Source: a virus
Taxonomy: Duplodnaviria > Heunggongvirae > Uroviricota > Caudoviricetes
Reading direction: 5' to 3' (one strand)
DNA: 41,171 nucleotides
Virus record (IMG/VR): IMGVR_UViG_2778261424_000010
Span: 1 to 41,171 of that record
In this document: in pieces, positions 14,517 through 23,000 of the stretch
Layout of the letters: every line of letters begins with the position of its first letter
Position numbering within the stretch: position 1 is the stretch's first letter
Made by a program: the position numbers and the translations under genes
Notes under the pieces: generated by a model
Databases searched by the model: none
What the model was told of the DNA's origin: nothing
The model's input: only the letters and a program-made list of their open reading frames with translations

Positions 14517-15295
14517 ACCTTGAAAACACAGTGAAATACCACTTCGCTAAATCCACACTGATTAGCGATTCTCCGCGCGCTACCGCCTCCGATTCACTGA
14601 CCGGTACCGACATAATGGCTGCCATGGGCATGACGCAGGAACGCGCCGCAATGGGTTACAGCGCCTTCCTCGGCAAGATGGGCATAAGCAATAACGACCG
14701 GGATCGGGCGATCGGTCTGCTGGCTGAGTACGCGATGACAAAATGCGACAAGGTTGCCGCACTGCGTAAGCTCGGTGCCGCGGTTAAACCTCAGGTGATG
14801 CACCAGTTGGCCACCTTCGCTTTTGAGGACTATTCCCGCAGCGCTGCCAGCGTGAAGCAGTGCGATTGTTGTGACGGTCAGGGCTTCATTGAGGCTGACG
14901 TGTTTACCAATAAATTCCGTAAGCCAGAAGGGAGAATGACCGTGTCCGGGATGGTGAAGGTCAAAGAATCCATCAAAGTGCTATGCAAAAAGTGTAATGG
15001 CTCTGGTGTGGTTAGTGCTTCTTGCAGTGATTGCCATGGGCGCGGCAAGGCAGTGAACCAGGCTCTTACTGAGAAACAGGGCGTTCCTGTTCTGGCTGAC
15101 TGTAAGCGCTGCGGAGGGCGTGGGTATGAACGACTTCCGTCGACTGAAGCCTATGCTGCTGTATGCCAGATTACTGACGCCATTAGCCTGGACACCTGGA
15201 AAAAGTCTGTTAAGCCATTCTACGACCTGCTGATCACGAAATTTGATATCGAAGAGTCCTGGGCCGAAAAACAGCTTAAGCAGATAACGCGGTAA
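14513..15295 (+). CDS. Q: Late antiterminator Q (phage-82/DLP12 QuuD family) with four CxxCxGxG zinc-finger motifs
   Basis: 260 aa. The N-terminus [33 protein letters not shown] and the C-terminus TWKKSVKPFYDLL parallel QuuD. The central motifs are CDCCDGQG, CKKCNGSG, CSDCHGRG and CKRCGGRG. Confidence 0.85.
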   Translation: MNLENTVKYHFAKSTLISDSPRATASDSLTGTDIMAAMGMTQERAAMGYSAFLGKMGISNNDRDRAIGLLAEYAMTKCDKVAALRKLGAAVKPQVMHQLATFAFEDYSRSAASVKQCDCCDGQGFIEADVFTNKFRKPEGRMTVSGMVKVKESIKVLCKKCNGSGVVSASCSDCHGRGKAVNQALTEKQGVPVLADCKRCGGRGYERLPSTEAYAAVCQITDAISLDTWKKSVKPFYDLLITKFDIEESWAEKQLKQITR

Positions 15296-15394
15296 CGCCT
15301 ATAGCGATAGCCTATGATTTTGTCTTGGGCTATTTACTTTTCCCGAATCTGTGTTAATTTTGTCCCAACGATGGGTTAATGCCTTCGTTTCAAG

Positions 15395-15422
15395 CCCTGC
15401 GGATAACACCGTGGGGTTTTTT
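15395..15422 (+). terminator. tR'-like terminator downstream of Q
   Basis: CCCTGCGG-ATAACA-CCGTGGGG is followed by TTTTTT. It lies about 100 nt after the Q stop, analogous to the lambda 6S RNA terminator. Confidence 0.65.
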
Positions 15423-15499
15423 GCGTTTCTGGAGACAGCAATACCAAGGTTCGAGACATTCAGGTAAAATTGATGCATTACAGGATGTGAGGTTGGGGA

Positions 15500-16069
15500 A
15501 TGAATAATCTACCCGATGATTACTTTTTGGATGCGGACGACGAACTCGTTGCTTTTCTGGAGAAGCAGGGCGAGGATTGTATACGCGAAATTCACCAGTC
15601 CAACGCACTAAACAAAGAAAATGGCCAGAAGTTATTGAGTATACTCATTGCTGGCGTGGGCTCGTCATTTTTGTTATTAACGCAACGTACAGGTTTTGAT
15701 TACCTCACCGCTGGAATGTCTGTTTTTTTAGTCTACTGGGCAATGTGTGCGGCTTATCTTGTTCGCTGCGTCCTCGTTGTAAGGTCACGAGCTCTCGTGT
15801 CATCGACACCCTATGCGCTTTACCATGATGGCTATAAAGGGTTTACTGAAGATGATTACACTGGTTTTGAGTCGAAAGGATTTTCAGGAAAGCGTTCAAC
15901 ATTGAACGTCTTGCGGCGCTACCGGCTTGCGGATTTAACCAGAATGGCTGAAATGAGTAAAAAAGAGAATGCCAGAATAGGCCGAGAACTAGAAAGGGTA
16001 AGGATCGCTACAATCCTCACCCCTGTTTGTGCACTTGTAATCTCAGTACTTACTTACCTTTTTTTCTGA
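15500..16069 (+). CDS. Moron-encoded 3-TM membrane protein, unknown function
   Basis: 189 aa, SD GAGG. TM segments: LLSILIAGVGSSFLLL, MSVFLVYWAMCAAYLVRCVLVV and the C-terminal IATILTPVCALVISVLTYLFF. The gene is AT-rich and lies between tR' and the holin. Confidence 0.7.
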   Translation: MNNLPDDYFLDADDELVAFLEKQGEDCIREIHQSNALNKENGQKLLSILIAGVGSSFLLLTQRTGFDYLTAGMSVFLVYWAMCAAYLVRCVLVVRSRALVSSTPYALYHDGYKGFTEDDYTGFESKGFSGKRSTLNVLRRYRLADLTRMAEMSKKENARIGRELERVRIATILTPVCALVISVLTYLFF

Positions 16070-16199
16070 TGTTTTCAGCAGAATCGGCAACAAAGGTATA
16101 ACCTGTCCTCAGATTTCTTTCGGCTGGCTGTGGAGCCGGTTTAGGCTGTGGTGCGGGTTGAGGCTTATTTTCTCCAGATGGTTTGTTTGATTCACTCAT
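16050..16199 (-). CDS. 49-aa Pro-rich mini-protein converging on the 189-aa gene (not in the ORF track)
   Basis: ATG 16199 preceded by GGAGAATTAT. Translation: MSESNKPSGENKPQPAPQPKPAPQPAERNLRTGYTFVADSAENIRKKGK. The last 20 nt overlap the 3' end of the 189-aa ORF. Confidence 0.35.
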   Translation of the reverse strand: MSESNKPSGENKPQPAPQPKPAPQPAERNLRTGYTFVADSAENIRKKGK

Positions 16200-16291
16200 A
16201 TAATTCTCCATGTTTGATAGGGTTATTTTTGGCGATTTAACGATATCAAATACAGTGATTTGCTGCTAGAGCATGCACTTATCTATAACTC

Positions 16292-16317
16292 GCCCCGGCA
16301 CCCGCTGGGGCTTTTTT
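16292..16317 (+). terminator. Rho-independent terminator upstream of the lysis cassette
   Basis: GCCCCGG-CACCCG-CTGGGGC is followed by TTTTTTATTT. Confidence 0.65.
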
Positions 16318-16433
16318 ATTTCCGGCTCACGGTAATCATCCGCTACGTGCTTTGTTGATAAATCCAACCCGTGAAGCCTGAGCCTATTTCCCCTCATACC
16401 TGAGAGGACTCACAGCAATTAAGAGGGGGCTAA

Positions 16434-16820
16434 ATGTCCGATCCAATTTCCGGTACTGGGCTGGCTGGTGGTGCCCTGACGGGTGCCAGTGTTTATGGAC
16501 TGCTGACCGGAACTGATTACGGCGTTGTATTTGGCGCATTTGCAGGGGCTGTATTCTACATAGCAACAGCAGCGGATCTGAGCGCATCGCGCCGACTGGC
16601 ATATTTTATCGTGTCGTATATTGCCGGGATCCTTTGCTCTGGGTTGGTTGGCTCCAAGCTGGCAAGCTTGACCGGATACAGTGATAAACCTCTGGATGCC
16701 ATTGGTGCCGTAATCGTATCTGCTTTAGCCGTTAAGATCCTGACGTTCCTGAATAATCAGGATATCGGGTCGCTGGTGGCGCTCATAACGCGCCGGGGAG
16801 GTTCAGGTGGAGCTAAATGA
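16434..16820 (+). CDS. Holin-like Gly-rich multi-TM protein
   Basis: 128 aa with 3-4 predicted TM helices. It is the first gene of the lysis cassette. SD AGAGGGGG. Confidence 0.55.
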   Translation: MSDPISGTGLAGGALTGASVYGLLTGTDYGVVFGAFAGAVFYIATAADLSASRRLAYFIVSYIAGILCSGLVGSKLASLTGYSDKPLDAIGAVIVSALAVKILTFLNNQDIGSLVALITRRGGSGGAK

Positions 16821-17088
16821 CCCGACAGCAACTATAAACGCGCTGTTATGTGCTTGTGTTGTTATTACTCTGATGTTTTATCGTCGTGGTGATTCGCGGC
16901 ATCGTCCTTGGGTTTCACGTTTAGCCTGGCTGATTACTGTTACATACAGTGCTGTTCCGTTGGCCTATCTCTGTGGGATTTATCCCCATTCCTCATGGCC
17001 CATTATCGTGGCGAATACTATTTTTCTTTCCGTGCTGGTGGCCGTCAGAGGCAACGTTGCACGCCTGGTTGATCATCTGAGGCACTAA
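16807..17088 (+). CDS. Second holin/antiholin-like membrane protein
   Basis: 93 aa with 3 TM helices and a GTG start after GGGGAGG. It overlaps the previous gene and is coupled to the endolysin (TAATG). Confidence 0.5.
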   Translation: MELNDPTATINALLCACVVITLMFYRRGDSRHRPWVSRLAWLITVTYSAVPLAYLCGIYPHSSWPIIVANTIFLSVLVAVRGNVARLVDHLRH

Positions 17089-17702
17089 TGAACCAACAAT
17101 TATTTCAAAAGGCGGCTGGTATCAGCGCCGGACTGGCTGTGCGCTGGTTTCAACCAGTAGATGCAGCGATGAAAGAATTCGGCATTACAGCACCCGCGGA
17201 TCAGGCCATGTTCATCGCTCAGGTAGGTCATGAGTCAGGCGGCTTTAGCGCTGTAGTTGAAAATTTGAACTACACACCATCTGCGCTGGTGGCGACCTTC
17301 GGAAAGAGGATCACACAGCAGCAGGCTGATGCGCTTGGCAGAACAACCGAACACGCAGCCCGCCAGGATGCTATCGCCAATCTGGTGTATAGCAACCGCC
17401 TGGGTAACAAAGCGCCCGGCGACGGCTGGAAATATCGCGGCAGAGGGTTAATTCAAATCACTGGCCTCGACAATTATCGCACCTGCGGGGCTGCTCTGAA
17501 GTTAGATTTGGTGACTTCACCTGAACAACTGGAACAGGAACTACAGGCTGCGCGCTCAGCTGCATGGTTCTACACCTCTAAAGGCTGCATGATCTACGGT
17601 GCCGATATTAATCGTGTTACTCGCATCATTAACGGCGGTCTGAACGGTATTGAGGATCGTAAGGTCCGATACAACAAGGCGCGGGCGGCGCTGCTGGTAT
17701 GA
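17088..17702 (+). CDS. Endolysin, glycoside hydrolase family 19 (chitinase-like)
   Basis: 204 aa. FIAQVGHESGGF...YRGRGLIQITG...INGGLNG are classic GH19 endolysin motifs. Confidence 0.9.
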   Translation: MNQQLFQKAAGISAGLAVRWFQPVDAAMKEFGITAPADQAMFIAQVGHESGGFSAVVENLNYTPSALVATFGKRITQQQADALGRTTEHAARQDAIANLVYSNRLGNKAPGDGWKYRGRGLIQITGLDNYRTCGAALKLDLVTSPEQLEQELQAARSAAWFYTSKGCMIYGADINRVTRIINGGLNGIEDRKVRYNKARAALLV

Positions 17703-18091
17703 AGATGAGTTATTGGGCGCTCATTTTAACGTTTATTGCTTGTATTGCTGGTGGTCTTGTCTGGTCAGCGAATCATTACCATGGAAAGTTTCTGGAGGAA
17801 CAGCGGCGCGCTGACGATGCAGAACAGCGCGCTGATTCCTTTGAGACCATCACCGCGAATGTCCTGCGCACCGTAGCAATAACGAACATCATTCTGGAGA
17901 CAAATCAATATGCCAGGCAGCAGATCGCACTGGAGTCACAGAGAACCGAGAACGATATCAAGGCTGCTGTTGCGGATGATGATTGTGCTGTTCGTGTTGT
18001 GCCTGCTGGCGCAGTTAAGCGGCTGCACGAATACGCGAACGGTCTTCGTGCCGGTTCCGGTAGTTCCGTTACCAGCCAGCCTGACGGCTGA
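17699..18091 (+). CDS. Rz: i-spanin (Rz-like)
   Basis: 130 aa with an N-terminal TM anchor and a periplasmic coiled-coil. It follows the endolysin with ATGA coupling. Confidence 0.75.
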   Translation: MKMSYWALILTFIACIAGGLVWSANHYHGKFLEEQRRADDAEQRADSFETITANVLRTVAITNIILETNQYARQQIALESQRTENDIKAAVADDDCAVRVVPAGAVKRLHEYANGLRAGSGSSVTSQPDG

Positions 18092-18254
18092 AACACCCCA
18101 GCCAGATTTACCCGACCCGTTTACGTGGGGAGCAAGTCTTAACCTGAATGTCACGTTGCTGTCAGCGCTGGCGCAGTGCAACAGGGATAAGGCTGATATC
18201 AGGACTTTCGAGAACAACAGGGCAGGACAAACCGATGGCACGATTAAACGTTGA
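17976..18254 (+). CDS. Rz1: o-spanin (Rz1-like lipoprotein), overlapping architecture
   Basis: Read from ATG 17976, in the +1 frame inside Rz. It has the lipobox LAQLSGC, is Pro-rich, and extends past the Rz stop. Confidence 0.65.
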   Translation: MMIVLFVLCLLAQLSGCTNTRTVFVPVPVVPLPASLTAETPQPDLPDPFTWGASLNLNVTLLSALAQCNRDKADIRTFENNRAGQTDGTIKR

Positions 18255-18420
18255 AGTTATCCCACCAGACAGCGAGGCGCTGAACGGGATTTTTGCAGAG
18301 ATTGAGCGCAAATATGCGCGTCAGCCGCTGACACCAAAAGTAATTGATGAAATGCAACGCGAAGCGACGCGCCTTGTGCGGCGAATGATAACCACAAAGG
18401 TTACGTTCGTCCGGGACTGA
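18235..18420 (+). CDS. Hypothetical 61-aa protein
   Basis: MARLNVEVIPPDSEALNG... from ATG 18235. It overlaps the Rz1 end. Confidence 0.35.
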   Translation: MARLNVEVIPPDSEALNGIFAEIERKYARQPLTPKVIDEMQREATRLVRRMITTKVTFVRD

Positions 18421-18474
18421 CATTACAGAAGCCCTTCACTGAGGGGCTTCGATAATGGAGCACTGGAATTATTC

Positions 18475-19095
18475 ATGAACAGACCACACCCACCAGCGCA
18501 TTTTACGATGCCATCTGACCCGAAGCCTTACATCAGCATAATGCCCGCCAGTGACGTTGGCCAGTGGCTGAATCAGCACATCCTGAGTGATGAGGGTGAC
18601 CTCTACAACCCTGACCACCAGCATTTGCTTGAAGCGGATCTGTGCTTTCTCTGGGCGTCGAACGCTTTCGAGAAAAAAGGGCGTTCCGTGCTGGGACAGG
18701 CGGAAGAAGTGGCAATGCGGGCTGGAGGCTGGCAGAAAGCGCGGATGGAGCAACAGATGTATGAATGGTTCGGCAGGGTGCCGCAGTTCATCATCACGCT
18801 GGCCGCCGATTACTGTTCGCAATGTTCCGATCTGGAGTTCTGCGCGCTGATAGAGCACGAGCTTTATCACATCTGCCAGGCGACAGATGAATTTGGCGCG
18901 CCGAAGTTCACGCAGGAAGGGCAGCCAAAGCTGAAGCTGCGCGGCCATGACGTGGAAGAGTTTGTGGGCGTGGTTCGCCGTTACGGTGCGAGCCGTGATG
19001 TGCAGGAAATGATTGATGCGGCGAATCAGCCAGCGGAGGTTGCTCATCTCGATATTGCCAGAGCTTGCGGGACGTGCATGCTGCGACTGGCTTAA
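18475..19095 (+). CDS. Putative phage metallopeptidase-like protein (HExxH)
   Basis: 206 aa with ALIEHELYHI (HExxH) and a C-terminal CxxC. It sits immediately upstream of terS. Confidence 0.55.
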   Translation: MNRPHPPAHFTMPSDPKPYISIMPASDVGQWLNQHILSDEGDLYNPDHQHLLEADLCFLWASNAFEKKGRSVLGQAEEVAMRAGGWQKARMEQQMYEWFGRVPQFIITLAADYCSQCSDLEFCALIEHELYHICQATDEFGAPKFTQEGQPKLKLRGHDVEEFVGVVRRYGASRDVQEMIDAANQPAEVAHLDIARACGTCMLRLA

Positions 19096-19125
19096 AACTG
19101 GACTGAATAAGACGAATGGTGATTT

Positions 19126-19599
19126 ATGGCTGCATTAAAACCTGATGTGAAAGCCTTCATCATTCAGTCGCTTGCGTGCTATGACACGCCGACGCAGGTG
19201 GTTGAGGCTGTCCAAAAAGAATTCGGGATCAAGATCACCCGCCAGCAGGCTGAATCTCACGACCCCACGAAGGCCAGCGGTAAGACGCTCGCCAAAAAGT
19301 GGATCGAGATGTTCCACGCTACGCGCGAACGGTTCCTGACCGAAACCAGCGACATTCCGATCGCGAACAAATCCTATCGCCTCCGCGTGCTTGACCGCAT
19401 GGCAACCAAAACCGAGGGGATGAAAAACTTCTCCCTGACGGCGCAGCTGATTGAACAGGCCGCGAAAGAGGTTGGCGACGCTTACACCAATAAGCTGAAG
19501 GTTGAAAGCACTGGCAAGGATGGCGGCCCGATCAAGACCGAGACGACCAACCTCACCGCAGATCAGGCCGCAGAGATTTACCGCAAGATGATGGGGTGA
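19126..19599 (+). CDS. terS: Terminase small subunit (DUF2280-like)
   Basis: 157 aa. The N-terminus AFIIQSLACYDTPTQVVEAVQKEFG resembles DUF2280 small terminases. Its position upstream of terL fits. Confidence 0.65.
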   Translation: MAALKPDVKAFIIQSLACYDTPTQVVEAVQKEFGIKITRQQAESHDPTKASGKTLAKKWIEMFHATRERFLTETSDIPIANKSYRLRVLDRMATKTEGMKNFSLTAQLIEQAAKEVGDAYTNKLKVESTGKDGGPIKTETTNLTADQAAEIYRKMMG

Positions 19600-19618
19600 T
19601 AGCCGCATGTTGCGGCTA
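19600..19618. other. Hairpin between the convergent terS and HEAT-gene stops
   Basis: TAGCCGCA-TGT-TGCGGCTA, a perfect 8-bp stem with no U-tract on either strand. Confidence 0.4.
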
Positions 19619-19624
19619 TGGATT

Positions 19625-19837
19625 CTAGGCTTGTTTTGGTCGAGTAATACGGCCAAGAGCTTTAATTGCAGCGACTTTGACGTTGTGATTTAGATCCGAA
19701 GATAAATCAAGTAAGCGATTTACATGAGCTGGCGTTGCTGAAGCACTCTCGCCGAGAGCATAAATTGCAGACAATTTTACTTCGTTGTTAAGGTCGTTGG
19801 TTAATTCCAACAACTTAGCGCTAACTGCTGGTGTCAT
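19625..19837 (-). CDS. 70-aa protein made of two HEAT/PBS-lyase-type repeats; antisense moron between terS and terL
   Basis: ATG 19837 preceded by AGGAGG. The repeats are LTNDLNNEVKLSAIYALGE and LSSDLNHNVKVAAIKALGR (D-x-N-x-x-V-[KR]-x-x-A-[AI]-x-A-L-G). GC content is visibly lower than in the flanks. Confidence 0.65.
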   Translation of the reverse strand: MTPAVSAKLLELTNDLNNEVKLSAIYALGESASATPAHVNRLLDLSSDLNHNVKVAAIKALGRITRPKQA

Positions 19838-19908
19838 AAAACCTCCTGTAATTGGTACATAAACAATATCAACTTTGTTACGCAAAAACTCAATGCCTGG
19901 AATTGTTT

Positions 19909-21531
19909 ATGCCTCTTCCGTTTGAATTCGATTTCAGAAACCCTGATTACCAGATGGTTTTTGAATGGCGGATGGAGCGCTTACAGCGCATTCGCCAGAA
20001 CCCTGAAATGCTACCAGCGCTAAAGCAGTTTTATCGCACCAACCCGGCACAGTTCATCATCGACTGGGGTATGACTACTGACCCGCGTAACATCGATTAT
20101 GGCCTGCCGGTCACCATCCCTTTTCTGCTGTTCCCGAAACAGGAAGAGTGGATTCACTGGATCATGGAGCGGCGCGAACGACTGGAGAACGGCATCACCG
20201 AAAAGAGCCGCGAAATGGGGCTCAGTTGGACCGCGATCGGGCTGGCCTGCTCGCTTTGTCTCTTCAACAAAGAAATGGTTATCGGTTTCGGCTCCCGTAA
20301 AGAGGAATACGTCGACAGCACCGGTGACCCGAAGGCGCTGTTCTGGAAGGCGCGAAAGTTCGTGGAAACACTGCCCATCGAGTTTCGTGGTTCGTGGGAC
20401 GAGAAGAAGCATGCGCCGTATATGCGCGTTGAGTTTCCAGATACTGGCGCGGTTATCAAAGGCGAGGCTGGCGACAATATCGGACGTGGTGACCGTACCA
20501 CGCTCTACCTAGTGGATGAAGCTGCATTCCTCCAGCGTCCTCTGTTGATTGATGCGGCGCTGTCGCAAACCACCCGTTGCCGTATTGACCTGAGCTCGGT
20601 TAATGGCATGGCGAACCCGTTCGCGCAGAAGCGCCACGGCGGAAAGATACCAGTATTCACGTTCCACTGGCGAGATGACCCGCGCAAGGATGAAGAGTGG
20701 TATCGCAGGGAGTGCGAGAAAATCGACAATCCGGTGGTGGTGGCGCAGGAACTTGACCTGAACTACAGCGCATCTGCGGAAGGCGTCCTGATCCCGTCCG
20801 ACTGGGTACAGGCTGCCGTCGACGCGCATATCAAACTTGGTATTCAGCCAACGGGCAAGCGACTGGGCGCGATGGACGTCGCCGACGAAGGCCGGGACAA
20901 AAATGCCTTTTCGACCCGTCACGGCTTCCTTCTGGAGAACGTGCGTGAATGGTCCGGCGTTGGCAGCGACATTTACCAGTCTGTTGAGAAGGTCTTCGGC
21001 TTTTGCGAACAGGACAACCTCGAAGAGTTTCGCTTCGACGAGGACGGCCTGGGTGCTGGCGTTCGCGGCGATGCGCGCGCCATCAACGAACTGCGTTACG
21101 CAGCGCGCCGACCGTCAATACTCGCCACACCGTTTCGTGGTAGCGGCGCGGTATTTGATCCGGACGATGAAGCGGTGCGCGGGGACAACGGACAGGCCGC
21201 ACGCCTGAACAAGGACTTCTTCGCCAACGCCAAGGCCCAGAGCTGGTGGTGGCTACGCAAGCTTTTCCAGAACACCTATCGCGCCGTGGTTGAGGGCATG
21301 GCCTACAACCCGGACGAAATCATCTCAATCAGCAGCGCCATGGCGAGCAAAGACAAACTCATCATTGAGCTGTCGCAGCCGACCTACTCCATTAATGGCG
21401 TGGGGAAAATCGTTGTTGATAAACAGCCTGATGGCACCAAGTCGCCGAACCTCGCCGACTCGGTGATGATCAGCTACGCGCCAATGAATTCAGCCCTGAA
21501 CATCTGGGAGCTGCTAGGGAGACAGGCCTGA
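19909..21531 (+). CDS. terL: Terminase large subunit
   Basis: 540 aa from ATG 19909. It has the Walker-B-like LYLVDEAAF and a C-terminal nuclease region. The portal gene follows. Confidence 0.9.
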   Translation: MPLPFEFDFRNPDYQMVFEWRMERLQRIRQNPEMLPALKQFYRTNPAQFIIDWGMTTDPRNIDYGLPVTIPFLLFPKQEEWIHWIMERRERLENGITEKSREMGLSWTAIGLACSLCLFNKEMVIGFGSRKEEYVDSTGDPKALFWKARKFVETLPIEFRGSWDEKKHAPYMRVEFPDTGAVIKGEAGDNIGRGDRTTLYLVDEAAFLQRPLLIDAALSQTTRCRIDLSSVNGMANPFAQKRHGGKIPVFTFHWRDDPRKDEEWYRRECEKIDNPVVVAQELDLNYSASAEGVLIPSDWVQAAVDAHIKLGIQPTGKRLGAMDVADEGRDKNAFSTRHGFLLENVREWSGVGSDIYQSVEKVFGFCEQDNLEEFRFDEDGLGAGVRGDARAINELRYAARRPSILATPFRGSGAVFDPDDEAVRGDNGQAARLNKDFFANAKAQSWWWLRKLFQNTYRAVVEGMAYNPDEIISISSAMASKDKLIIELSQPTYSINGVGKIVVDKQPDGTKSPNLADSVMISYAPMNSALNIWELLGRQA

Positions 21532-23000
21532 TGGCACGAAACAAGCAATCCTCTCAGCGAACGGCACAGGCCACCGCTGACGGCTACGAGAACTTCGTCG
21601 CCCGCGTTGGGATGCAGACGCCTAACCAGCATTCAGCATCGACCTACCGGGCGAACTTCACCAGCCGCAACCGCATGCTGGTGGAATGGTCATATCGCGG
21701 TTCGTGGGTTATCGGTGAAGCGGTCGACGCTATCCCGGACGATATGACCCGAAAGGGCATTCGCATCACTTCGGAGATTGACGCCAAAGACCGTGGCACC
21801 CTCGAAGCGCAACTGGATGAGTTGCAGATCTGGGATGCGCTGAACGACGTGCTGAAATGGTCGCGCCTCTACGGCGGCGCGGTCGGCTTCATCATGATCG
21901 AGGGGCAAGCACCAATGACCCCGCTGCGACTCGAAACCATTGGCGAGGGCAAGTTTAAGGGCATTCTCCCGCTCGACCGCTGGATGATTAACCCGGTGCT
22001 GACACGCCGCATTAAAGAGATGGGGCCGGACCTCGGCAAGCCTGAGTTTTACGACGTGGTGACCACCGCAACGGGCATTCCGGCCTGGCGCATCCATCAC
22101 AGCCGCCTGATCCGCTTTGATGGCGTCACGCTGCCATTCCAGCAGAAGATGACCGAAAACGAATGGGGAATGTCGGTTGTAGAGCGTATCTGGGATCGGC
22201 TTACTGCGTTCGATAGCGCTACTGTCGGCGCGGCGCAGCTGGTCTATAAAGCGCATCTGCGTACCTATAGCGTGGAGAAGTTGCGCGAGCTTATCGCGCT
22301 TGGAGGCCCGGCGTTCGAAGCGTTGCTGAAGAACATCGACCTGATCCGCCAGTTCCAGAGCAATGAAGGTATGACGCTCATGGACTCGCGGGATAAGTTC
22401 GAAACCCACCAGTACAGCTTTAGTGGTCTGGATGACATTCTTTCGCAGTTTGCTGAGCAGATCAGCGGTGCCGTTGGTATCCCGCTGGTACGCCTGTTCG
22501 GTCAATCCCCGAAAGGCTTCTCTACTGGTGATGCAGACCTCGCCAACTATTACGACCGGGTGAGCTCATTGCAGGAGCGCCGCTTACGGCTGCCGATGCG
22601 CCGGATACTGGACATTATGCACCGCTCGGAACTCGGAAAGCCGCTGCCGGACGATTTCACGTTTGAGTTTAACCCGCTATGGCAAATGTCAGACGTTGAC
22701 CGATCAACGGTGGCCGTAAACACCACCAACGCGATCAGTACCGCGCTGGGCGACGGATTGATGACGCGTAAGGCGGCGATGACCGACCTGCGCGAAAACT
22801 CTGACGTCACCGGCATCGGGGCATCCATTACCGACGAGGATATCGAGAATGCCGAAGACGAAGCGCCGCCAGGCATCGGCGAACTTGGCGACAAACCGCC
22901 AGAGCCGCCAGGCGGAGATCCGATATCGAACGAGCCTACGGCAGATAGCGCGGGCGGTCGGGGATATCGTAAATGGTCGCTACGATGGTTCAAACGATAG
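21531..23000 (+). CDS. Portal protein (DUF1073-like)
   Basis: 489 aa directly after terL (TGATG coupling), with an acidic C-terminal tail. Confidence 0.85.
   Translation: MARNKQSSQRTAQATADGYENFVARVGMQTPNQHSASTYRANFTSRNRMLVEWSYRGSWVIGEAVDAIPDDMTRKGIRITSEIDAKDRGTLEAQLDELQIWDALNDVLKWSRLYGGAVGFIMIEGQAPMTPLRLETIGEGKFKGILPLDRWMINPVLTRRIKEMGPDLGKPEFYDVVTTATGIPAWRIHHSRLIRFDGVTLPFQQKMTENEWGMSVVERIWDRLTAFDSATVGAAQLVYKAHLRTYSVEKLRELIALGGPAFEALLKNIDLIRQFQSNEGMTLMDSRDKFETHQYSFSGLDDILSQFAEQISGAVGIPLVRLFGQSPKGFSTGDADLANYYDRVSSLQERRLRLPMRRILDIMHRSELGKPLPDDFTFEFNPLWQMSDVDRSTVAVNTTNAISTALGDGLMTRKAAMTDLRENSDVTGIGASITDEDIENAEDEAPPGIGELGDKPPEPPGGDPISNEPTADSAGGRGYRKWSLRWFKR

Noticed and set aside
14149-14631. 160-aa minus-strand ORF
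   Set aside because: It is antisense to rusA, ylcG and the Q 5' end, all of which have strong homology support.
18469-19047. 192-aa minus-strand ORF
   Set aside because: It is antisense to the HExxH protein gene. The plus-strand frame has the conserved motif and fits the operon direction.
21690-22505. 271-aa minus-strand ORF
   Set aside because: It is antisense to the portal gene, a typical long shadow ORF in GC-rich late genes.
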